64,000 nt of DNA. It comes from Candidatus Omnitrophota bacterium. GTDB lineage: Bacteria; Omnitrophota; Gorgyraeia; Zapsychrales; Zapsychraceae. Shown in pieces: positions 12,701 through 24,700 of the stretch; positions within the stretch are counted from its first letter, which is position 1; each line of letters opens with the position of its first letter. Under the pieces are notes generated by a model, which saw only the letters and a list, made by a program, of their open reading frames with translations, did no database searches and was not told the DNA's origin. Where the stretch lies: NCBI GenBank assembly GCA_021108075.1, contig JAIORP010000206.1, forward strand, positions 831-64,830. The letters run 5' to 3'. The translations under genes were made by a program, and so were the position numbers.

Positions 12701-15700
12701 TAGCTGAACGGTCGAGGTCGCGTAACAGGATCACATTTTCGCCCAGGGCTGCTTGAAGCGCAGAAGACAATAATTGATAATATCCCGCGTCGATCATAAA
12801 TAAATAACCGATGCGAATCACCATCATTTTCCGGCCGTAAGCGGTGTTCACAAAGCCCTCTTCACGTTGATAATTTAATTGATCGTTATAAACGTAGTTC
12901 GGCTGGGTTGCGAAGGCCTGACCCCAGGTATCAACCATATCCGTTGGAAGCTCTTTCAACATATCAGCGGCCCATTCTTCACTGCGTTGAACGGCTGGAC
13001 CATATGTTTGCTGATATGCGCTTGTTGGCATTAATGTTTCAGCATACGTGTTGAGCGCAAAGGCGAACAAAAGGCTGTATTCAAACGATGGATTCTTCTC
13101 GATCACATCCCGTTCTGGTAAACCAAGGTCGTAATATTTACCCGCTATTCCGTAACCAACTTGACCTTGCTCATAATCGGATTTGAGTTGCTCTAAATGT
13201 TCAGGATGTGTTTGCGCCATCATGTCGAGATGCTCTTTGGCGCGGGCACTTAAAATCTCATCAGCAAAAGCGGTTTCAACCAGTGTGGCCAACATGTGTC
13301 TGGATTTTGGCATGACTTCATAGCTGAAACGTAATACGTAGTTTCCGTATAACTCATGGACAATACCGGCGACATTTCCCTGGGTCGCGTAAACGATCAA
13401 TGTCTCACCTTCGATATAAGACGCCGCCTTCATTGGTAATTGTGTTGTCACATCTGTCAATGGTGCGTCTAATAACCGAATGATAATTTGCGTGACCGGC
13501 GGGGCTCTGGAATCAAAGGCCTCGCCGTAAATAGATGCGATACTCTGTTGCACATCGCTTAAGGCCTCGCCGCGTAAGATCGCCTTGATGACAGCGATTT
13601 CTTGCTCGGCCAACGGGAAGGCTTTTCGGAATAAACTGTCTTGTGCCTGTGTTCCGAATATTATTTGATCCGCTATTGTTTGTGTCTCCTGACGGTTTAA
13701 TGTGCGACAGTTGGCTGCCTGGAGCATGGCCTTGAGTTGGGATTGATCCAGGCTGGAGCCGATCGGCTTTTGCGTCCGCACATCATCAGATGGCCTGGCA
13801 GGATCCTGACCGTCTCTGGCGTCTTTTGTTGTTTCGCGACGGACAGGTAATGTGATACAGTAAGCGGTCTTCTTATCATTTTCCTGTGTTCCGGACCGCA
13901 CGCTGATGTGACCTTGATGTTGCTCAACAATATTCTTAATGATAGCCATGCGTAAGCCCCTGACCGGGTCATCGGCTGTTTGATATTCAGGATTAAACAG
14001 GGTGGATTCGGATGCATCACCGACCATTCTTGCCCCCTCAGCCGTAATGATCACATTATCCTGATCTTCATTTAATGTCATCTTAATGCCTGTCGCCTGC
14101 AAGCCTAATAAGACGAACAGCTGCAATAGTCCTTTATAAGAACCGAAGAATTGAATGGCTTTACCAGGATGGGCATCAATGTCATCTTCATCATCCCGTT
14201 CATCCTCTTGGTCTCCCCAATATGCCTGATCGTTATCGACATCCGTAAAATACCCGCCGGTCATGGACAGGATGACGCTTGCCTGATGTTCGATCTCCCG
14301 GATATCGACCGCCATCCAGTCATTAAGTTCAGCCGGTAAATAACCGTCCGCGGGGTGGCTCATCTCTAAGATAGATAACAGCGCTCTGATTTTCTTGAAC
14401 ATCACGAACATCGGGCTATCGATGATAAACGCTTCCAACTGATCCATGTTATAACGTATTTTGTAAATAAGATTTAACATGCTGTCATTGTACTGACAAT
14501 AAGCCTGTCGCACTTTAACCGTATCTTCCATATCAATCGGGCTGGTAAAGACACCACTCAAACTTTCAGATGAACCTGTGTCAACAGGAACGTCTGTTTT
14601 TGATTTCTTGAAGCGTTCAAACACCGTTGTCAGGTCGACGATCAAGCTCACAACCCGGGCCTTTTGACTCTCCCGTACCAATTGATTGTAGGTCGAGCGG
14701 TACATCAAGCTCTCGTTACCATAACCGGCGACATCAAGGAATAAGTCCGTCAACGCGGTCCAAATTCTCGCCATCTGATCCAGGGAGATCAATGCCGGGG
14801 CTTTGGATCGACTTAAACGCTCTGTGATTCGAGCGTTAACCTTCGCCATCATTGATTCATATTCGTCCAAGAAATATTCAGCCCAGATAGCCGTGCGTTT
14901 GAAGTGACCATTCCATTTATAGAATTCAAACCAGCGCGGCAACATTTTCAAATGTTCATACTCGCCTTCATCAAGGGCCTGGATGCTTAATTCACCAGAC
15001 CGCTCCATCACCTTCATCCTGTTCCATGCGTCAATGGCTTTTCCGACGACGATCATTGATTCTTGATATTCCCGGGGTTCATCTGTTCGCATCCGATTAA
15101 GATCTGTAATGTTTTCTGTTTTATCCCATAATTCTAAATAAGCTAAGATATCTTCCTCTTTCCCGCTGGCCGGCATATCGATTTCAGCTTCTTTCGCAAT
15201 AAATTTCGCGTAAGGATAAAGGTCTCTATCCGGCCGCCGCTCTGATTTCGCTGTTGTAAGCGATGTCACCTTATTGATAACTGTCAATATGCCGAGCATG
15301 GAAACAAATATTTGCCGGTCAACCGTGCGTTTCCAGCCGATCGTCTCGAGCGCCTCTTGCACATTCCGGTCAAAGGCTTTGGTTGAAATCTGATCTTCGG
15401 CCAACAGTTTTAACGTATCTTTATACTCGATCAATTTCGTGATCACTTCAATTTCCTGCGCATTATGACCTCTTGACGTCATGAGTTTATCAAGGATGCC
15501 ATTTACGCGTTGAACCTGTTTTTCAGAAACAACGTCAATGCCGGCCAATTCAGCCGTGTTTTGATAAAGGACAACACTGCGCATCAGGTTAAGATGTTCC
15601 AGTGACAACAACTGGGCTAATCGATTAACAACCGTCCAACCAGCTTTCTTGTAGTATCCAAAACTCATATCATCCAACAACTGCAATGCCCAAACAATAA

Positions 15701-18700
15701 AGTCAGACCGGCGATATTTCAGATTTAACTCTGGGGCTGCTGAATAGTTGACACTTAAAACCTGGTCGTTTAATGGCTGGCAAACACGAGCAGCATCACT
15801 CAAATCATCCAGGTATTGCTGAACTAAACTGGCATAGTTCGAAACAGGCGCCGCCGGTATTGCCGGGGTTCGTTCAAATAACGGCACCATCATTTGAGTT
15901 AATAACCGGGCTAAGGCGGAGAACGACCAGTGTTCAATTCCCAGTTGATAATTGTGTTCAACCATGTCGCTGATGGCCTGCGGATCATTCAATAAATGAA
16001 CAACTTCTGTCGCGGTCTGAACCAGACGCTCACGAACTCTCTGACCGCCTTTCGCGAGTTCTGCCGGACTGATATCACACTCAATACATTCCGGTCCTTT
16101 CGGCATGATGTCCGTGATATAAATCCAGTACTTATAAACGAGGATAGGAACTTTATGATACACCGCTTCCAACCAGGCATTGCCCCAACCTTCCCAGGAG
16201 CTGGTATACAGGACCATGCCGCGGTTACCGATCTTTGCAGCTTCATAGGCCTCGGCCAATGTGAATTCATAACTGTCATCTTCACCGATGATGCCCTTGC
16301 CATCGTTGTGTTCACCCGCGTCCCAGATCTTTAATCCTTTAGCACGATACTTCGCCTTTAAGTCTTCCCAGTATTTCGCATCTTCATCCGAGGCCCCGCC
16401 GTGGGTGATAACGGCATACGGTTGTTTGCCTTCCTTCTGCATCATCTGCGCGACAATCAATTCAAGCTCAAATGAAAGTTCGAGATATTTTCTGGCGACC
16501 GGGCGGACAGGCCGTAATAACATATAACCTTTGCCTGACCCGATACCCAATTCTTTCTCGATTCGTTTGCGCAACTTCCTGGCCCCATACAGGCTGACCA
16601 TATGTGGTTTGGTCAGATCTTCTGCATTAACGACCTTTTCAAAGAACCGGATCCAGGACTTCGGCATCCAGGTTGTTTCCGGTGCCTGATCAAAATCCAT
16701 CACATTCGGTAAGACCGTTGATTCAACACCATAAAGACGTCGTAATTTTTCATACTGAACGATATTGATAACACCCGTGGCTAACAGCTTATGGTTCAGC
16801 TTAATAAATCGTTCTAAATACTTAATCAAGTCGATCCGCCCGAGTTCTTTAGCGAATTCTCTTTCCATTCGGGAAATGTCATGTTTCCAGTCGATCGTCT
16901 TAATGTTCAGTTCTTCGATCACTTCAACCACAGCCAGGCCGAATGGTATGTTGCGGGCGTAAGCCAGAATGTTTTGTGTGACGATGAAATCGATGTTATT
17001 CGCTAAGATGAAGGCTTTCAGATCGGCCTTGATCTTATCTTTATAGAACTCGATCAGGAGTTTGTCTGTTTCTGAAATTTCTTCATTGTTAAAAACGCGG
17101 TCCATTATGGAGACAAGTTGGTTATTGTCCATGTCACCTTTCACGCGTTTAAAGTGGGCTAACGGGAATGTGTGGACTTGTTCTGCCGTCATACCAACAC
17201 CCGGAGTCGATTCGCCAGAATAATAGAAACTAAACGGATCACGGTCTTTCATGGTCGGGTAAATTTGACGTAAGAGACCGACAAAAATCTTACGAACCTT
17301 GTCATTCTCTAAGGTCACCCCGTCTGTTCCGCTTAAACGGTAAGAAATGTAAAGGATATTTCTCATCTGATGTTGTTTGAATAGTTTTAATAACGCGCTG
17401 TAACCGGTTTCAACACCATCGATCACCTGGCGTAATAACTCAGGGATATGCCCGTTGCGGCTTATTTCCTCGCGGACAGTATCATTTTCATATGGCTGGA
17501 ACTGCATGACAACACCGGAAATGACTTGCGCCATCTTGCGGGACCATTCTAAGAGCGACTCTAATTCTTTAATTCTATAAATCAGATGCGCGCTGTTGCG
17601 AATTTGATCGAATTTTTTTCGATCCCAATCTTCCGCACGCATCAAGTGCGGTAATGTTCGACCATGGATCAATTGAGCCCTTAATTCATACAGTTCACGA
17701 AGACCTTCTTCATATCGTGAACCGTGTCTGTACAGCATTCCCTTCCATTTCTTCAAGTTCGCTTTTTCATTTTTGAATGTTAAGAAGCCGGCAACCGCGT
17801 CAAATTCATTTGGAACCGGTTGGTCACCTAAAATTTCTCTTAAGCGGCTGACAGCGATCTTTGGCTCTTCAAAGATGTTTGTCGTCACACGGATATCAAC
17901 GTATGTCAGGAGTCCCAGTAAGCGGAAGAATCGGTTACGCAATAAGAAATACGCCCTCGCATCTTCATAAGAGGTCAGCATCGCCGCGGCTCTTCTTTCA
18001 TATTGTTGTAAAAATTCAGAGAAACTGATCCTGTTTTCCAGGACATCTCTGGCATACGGCAGCATGACCAGCAAGGCCTGCACGAGCACGATATCAAACG
18101 GCATATACGTAACCGTTGGATTTAAGCGTTGCAAGACCCCTTGAATAACGGGTCGGCTGTTCAATGCTGATAACCGGTCGGACTGATCGTTAAACATGTG
18201 ATACAGGTTAAATGCTGAACGAATGATATATTCACTCTTTGGTAAAATCGTTTTAGCATAAACTTGCATGAACTCAAATCCCTGCTTGCGGCTCGCACCA
18301 TTTCCGTTTCCATTGACGGATTTAAATTTTTCCGCGCCGTTATTAAGCAAGGAAGTAAACAGACCGTTGCCCGCGGCTAATACCTGATAATCGGTATAAA
18401 GCCGGCCTTCCATCAAGGTCGTAATCAGCGTTTTATCCCCATCGTCTGCAACCTGGTCTAATATATCGACGAGCCACACTAAGAATTCATTGTCGATTTC
18501 TAAGCGGGAACCAAAATTGACAAATCGCATACCGCGGATATTCAAGTCTTGAACAACGACAACTTCCGGCTGAATAAATTGATTAACGTACGGCGTGATA
18601 TAATTCTTCAAGACCCTGGTGAGGCGCATGTCGTCTAATGGCTGTTGTGTTTCCCTGTTCGTCAGATGAGCATCAGAGGATAAGAGATCCTTCGCATCAA

Positions 18701-21700
18701 AACTCATCCTGGCGTAAGCCATGCGGTTGGATACCGATAAGTCTGTCATCTGTTGACAGTCCCGGGCCATCCCTTTACGTAATGTCTGCCATAAAACTGT
18801 TCGGAATTGTTGTTTAACGGCCTGCCATTGAGCGCTCGAGAGGAATTGTCTGACCAAACGTTGGATGCCCCATACTACCGCAACGATTAGGACGATGGAA
18901 ATGATCCCGGCGACAACCGGGTTATCGGCTAATACTGTCAGATAGGCCATGGCAATCGTTACGGATCCCGCTTCAAATAATGTTGTACCTGTCTCGTCAG
19001 AGCCTTGCGATGCATCCTGTTTCAGAACTTGCCTGACCATTAAATCTGATGTCGCTTTTAATTTTGCTTCACTGTCTCCCATCGTGCTTAAAAAACGGAC
19101 ATCGGTATGTTCACCGGATTGATCTTTTAATGTGTCCGTTAAGTAACCTGACATGACCGACCATACCGCTTTCATCACCTGATCTGTCTGCTCACGTTTT
19201 GCCGTTACCATTACTTTCCAATCAAAGGCTCTGGCAACGTAGACGCCGCCTTTGTCCACATCATAATCGTAGTATGGAGCAAACTCCGCCATTTGACGCA
19301 ATATGTTGCTGCCAGCCATTTCATTCAGGGCAACATCAATTCTGAAGAATTCCTTATTATTTTTATCGATCGCGGCTAAAAATATTTGGATATCCAATTT
19401 CTCCCGCATGACTTTGGCGAAATCAATCAGGACAAAGAACGGTCTGTAGTGCATATAGAATGTGGCCGGCACCTTAAAGGTGTATGTCAATTGATCAGCA
19501 TCTGTTTGAATAGCAACATTTTCAAAACAAACCGTTTGCCTTACTGCTTGCTCATGCGCGGCATCCTTTGCTGTTGATTGAACGGTTGCTGATGATGGCT
19601 CGCCGGTAGCGATAGGTTTGAATTGTTTAATACGTTCGTCCGGATCATATTTATATAAGGCTTGATGCAAGAAAGAAATGATATTTTGAATTTCCTGATG
19701 AGATGATTCGGCAATGAAATGCGGAAGTTCACTGTCTGTCAAAATAAGTTTGAGAACATCAATGGTGAGTTCCATATCTTCTGTTGACCAGGCGCCTTGA
19801 TTGATCAAGGCAATGCGCAGGGCTGTTCCTTCAACGAAACGCTTCCTCCAAATGGAACCGAACTCTAATTTCTCTTGTGTCACAATATTGTAAATCTCTA
19901 AGACCATACCCATGTTATTCAAGTGCCCGGCAATATTTAATGTGAATAAATCATCGATGGTCTTCGAGAAAGTGTAAGGGATGTTGACCATCCTTTGAAC
20001 GCGGTTAAATGTCCGCGTTTGTTGCGCCAGGAAATCATCCATGCGGGCTTCATTAACATTGTCTGAGACATTAAATATGCTGACAGCGCCGATTTCATGG
20101 ATCAAGCTGGCAGCTATTTGAAGCGGTGTTAAATATTGTCGGTATTCAAGATAATCCGAATGGTTGGAAAGAACGATGTATTCTGTGCCTTCATGGGCGC
20201 AAACGGTTGCCAGAAAACCTTTGAGTGGTCCGGCTCGGACATGTCCGGCGTTGATCATCGCTTCTAAACGGTCAGCCATATTGTTTTTATTGATCGCTCT
20301 TAAGTAAGTCAATGCGAATTCTTTGACGATCTTAACATCAACGATGTCTTTAAGCGCATCAAAGGCAGACCAAACATAACGTTCAACTTCAGCGTCACGT
20401 TGTTGTTTGGTTGGCGCTGAGAGGTCCGGATGTTTGCGGGCAATGTCTACTCTGGTATTGTAATAATACGATAACCAGATCCAGTTCTTATATTGTTGTT
20501 CACGGGAGGCAACCTTTTTACCCGTCTTCCTTAACACGGATCCAAAAGGATTCAATGGGAATATCCAGGAAATGAAGACTTTCAACAGGCCATTAATATC
20601 ACTATCATAATCCCCGGTCACCCATCGACTTCTCGGTTGCTCGGCAGGTCCGGTTGAAAAATCAATAATGTAAATTTTCTTTTCTCTCGTTATAAATAGA
20701 TGTTCTACTTTAACATCACCATGAATAATTCCCAGGTCATGATTCAGGCGTCGATAAGCATCTCCTATTTTCCTGACGAGTTCTTCCTCATTCTCAATAA
20801 AGAATCGAACCCAAGAGCTATTCCCATGCAGTTCAGCCAAGGATATGCTGTCTTCTATTCCCTTCATAATGAGGACATCCGAAAGAATAAGACTTTCAGG
20901 CGCTATGCCTGCCCTCGATGCTCTTAGCGTCAATTGATATTCCAGCTCAGTCGCGTTTCCTGAAGGAGCTGTAAAGTTCTTAAATTTAAAATAAAGAGTC
21001 TTTTCACCACTATCCGTTTTCAGTGTTGCCCTGACAACCCAGCCTGAAAGCGTTGCTTCTTCTCTGACGATTTCCAGTGCTAATGCGGTTATCGATTGAA
21101 CGCCGAGGAAGTCTTTCAATAATGCTTTGTTGATAAAGATGGACCGTATCTTTTCTTTAACGTCATCATGCCAGGATATAGGGGAATCATTAATAGCCTG
21201 CCCGAGTAGAACGCTTTCGGCATCGACGGTTGTTTCTCCCGCCAACCATCGTTGCGTGCGCGCTTCATTCTCTTCATCTGTTAGATTGAACTCGCTGACC
21301 GCGCCGATTTCATGGATCACGCTGGCCGCGATTTGAAGCTCTGTTACGTATTCAGCGTAAGCCGTTGAAATAAGGATGTATTCCGTTCCGTCTTTCTCAT
21401 AGATAGTGGCCAGGAAGCCTGCCAGCGGTCCGGCGCGGACTTGACGCGCGGCTAACATGCCTCTTAACCTGACGGCCATCTCTTCTTCACCCGCAACCCT
21501 CAACGCCGTCTCTAACACAACTTCCATTGAGGCGATATCAACATATTGGTCGATGCTGATAAAGTCCGTATCCCAGTTCAACGCTTCAACAGCGGCATCA
21601 CGCTGTTCTTTGCCCGGTTCAGGAAGATCAGGGTGACGGCGGGCGAGATCTTTTCTGCTATCGTTAACATTGGAATCATCAGGCATCGTATCTTGTCCGG

Positions 21701-24700
21701 ATTGATCTTCTCTAATGTTTATTTTTACCCTGATGTCTTTTTCAGCGGACGATTTTAATATAAAGATAGACGTCAATTTCTCGCTAAATTTAATGATGGC
21801 GACAATAATTCTTGGACGCTCTTTAGGGTGAACAACGGGAACAACCTGTTCATGCTGCTTTCTGTCGCGCGCGAATTGCAACTCACTTTCAGGCGCGTAA
21901 AGCATCAGGATGGCATTCATTCCGTCATAGCGTCCTTTTTCTATTTCCCCAAGGCTCCATTGAACCGCGCCATTATGTTCGTGGAACCCTCTAGCTGTTA
22001 CCGGGCTGTATGTCGCGAGGTATGGAATTCTTTCACGTTTTGTTTGTTCGGCTTGAGTGAGGACCAATCCACGGGCCAATCCTCTAACCGGTTTGCCGCC
22101 AACGAGATAATAATCACGTCTTTCTTCAGATATTAACTTGACATTCGGCGCTCCAAGGGCGAAATTAAAGCGTGCGTTTGCCTTTTGATCGACGCTGCCT
22201 TCTAATGTAAAATTATTGGTTAACGCGTGAACGCTGGCAAAGAACCCGGCCGTACCAGTTTGACCGCCGGTAAGCTCTTGCGTTCTAATAATGTTAATAA
22301 TTTCCGGTGTTAAGTACTTCTCCACGCTCCAGATCAAGGCTCCCAGAAACACGCGTTTGGTTTCTTTATCGATAACCTGAGCAACGACGATGCCTTTTGC
22401 GTTATGTTGAATAGCACTTCTTAACTGATCAACCGTCACTGTCTCTTGCGGGGTTGTTATCCAGGCATCATTGTGAACGGCTGTTAATTCTTCAGCCTCT
22501 TGTGTGACGGCCCAACGGTATAGAACATACGCATCATCACGTTCATCAACCTTGAAGAAAATTAACTGATCGGCAGGGATAAACCATTTGTAACCAAAGT
22601 GTCTGCGGACAAAACGTCTTAAATTGGAAGGAATAACGTTACGCGGGATGCAAAGTTTTGGCATTGGCGTTCCGACCCTGAGATGTTCGACACGTCTCGC
22701 GTTGTATTGTTCAATGACCTGGTCCCACGTTCCTCTAATGATATAGCGACGAGACAGGAGATAACCGCCAATGCCGATGACAATGGCGCCGACGATCGCA
22801 CCGGCCATCGTCCAGACAAGGCTGCTGATTTCTATGACTGCGCCTGACTGCGCAATAGCGTTGACGTCTTGAGCCTGTGCAACATTCGTGATACCGAACA
22901 AGACCGCGCCTATGCCAAGCATTGCAAATAATACGGATACCAGTGTGAATCCACCTTGAGCATTCTCTGGACAGGATCCTGGTGTTTTAAAAGTTGTGTC
23001 TTCTTCGTCAAATCCCTTTCTGGATATGCTTAAAAATTTGAAGCCTTTGATTGTATCTTCAACCTCACCCTTGGCTGTGACTATTTGGCTGTCAAGCGAT
23101 GTATCGCGTGCAGCCCGTGTTTGGACGCTTGAGAGGAACTCTCTTTCGCGTTCGGCATTCGTCTCATCCGTTAGATTGAACTCGCTGACCGCGCCGATTT
23201 CATGGATCAAGCTGGCCGCGATTTGAAGCTCTGTTACGTATTCAGCGTAAGCCGTTGAGATAAGGATGTATTCCGTTCCGTCTTTCTCATAGACAGTGGC
23301 CAGGAAGCCTGCCAGCGGTCCGGCGCGGACTTGACGCGCGGCTAACATGCCTCTTAACCTGACGGCCATCTCTTCTTCACCCGCAACCCTCAACGCCGTC
23401 TCTAACACAACTTCCATTGAGGCGATATCAACATATTGGTCGATGCTGATAAAGTCCGTATCCCAGTTCAACGCTTCAACAGCGGCATCACGCTGTTCTT
23501 TGCCCGGTTCAGGAAGATCAGGGTGACGGCGGGCGAGATCATCTTTATCTATCAGCTTAAAGAAATTCAGAATGGAGGTTAACGATCGCGTTAAGAACAC
23601 AAATGGTTTTCCGCTCCTGGCCTCTTCTTCGGAGATATCACCGATCACAAACGGAATATTTTCTAATAACTGTGAAGCGATTGTTTGATATTGCGCGGCC
23701 ACTTCTCTTTCTTCCCTGCCGTTCATGGCTTGTTCTAATAATACGATTTTCATGTCAACGCCCATTTCAAAAATAATCTTGAGAAGGACTTCGTAGATGC
23801 CGGCTAAGCAGTCATAACTCATGCCGCCTGTAATTATTACTGTGTTCATGCCTTTCGCCAACAGGTGCTTCACTTCCTCGCGCAGCATGTTCTCTTCCGC
23901 TTCCATCGCCTGCTGCTTAACACGGATGATCAGGTCGGCCTCTTCAGCGGTATATCCCTGCGTCTCAAAAATCTCCGGCGTCATCGTAAGTTTCTTCCAG
24001 AAATACTTATTAAACTTTTTCTCATAGAATAGATATCCATATTTTTCCAGTTTTACCAGCAAGGCACCTGACAAGACGCCTGGTGCTGTTGGACCATAAC
24101 CATATGAAACGCCCAATTTAATTTGTCGGCATGGAATATCCCGTGATCTTAACAGTTCTAACAATTCTTCCTCGGCATTAAAAGACTCGAAGTCATGATC
24201 TTTAACCGTCAGGATCGCCACCTTGGGCCGGTCAGAGGAAGCGGCCGCATCTTCCCGGGCCGGTGTCGTTCCTGTCGAGCGGCGGCGGGCGATACTGTCT
24301 TCGAAACGGTCTAACATAAAGGAACGGATATCGGCTAATCTTTCAAGCACGGTGACTTCAGCCTGGCGGAATTTCATCAATGGATGGTCCTCAACATATT
24401 TTGTCCGGACATCAAACCGGTCACTTCCCCAAATAGCTTTTACTGGCAAGACAATATGGAGGTCAGCATTATTTTCAAAAATATAATAAACAATAACCTG
24501 ATATAACGACAGGAGACAATCATCGCAAACACCGCCGGTTAATATAATTGTCTTTATTCCGTCCTCGACGATCTGGTCAAGTATCGTTCTGACCTGTCGC
24601 GCTTCTTCTTCCAACGCGGCTGTTCTTATTCTTAAGACGAACTCAGCCTCTTCTTTTGTATAACCCCTGACAAGCAACCATTTCTCGGTTAAGTCAAACT

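Noticed and set aside
21280-23540. Diversity-generating retroelement TR/VR pair
   Set aside because: There are only about 3 mismatches, both copies are coding, and no reverse transcriptase was seen in the window.
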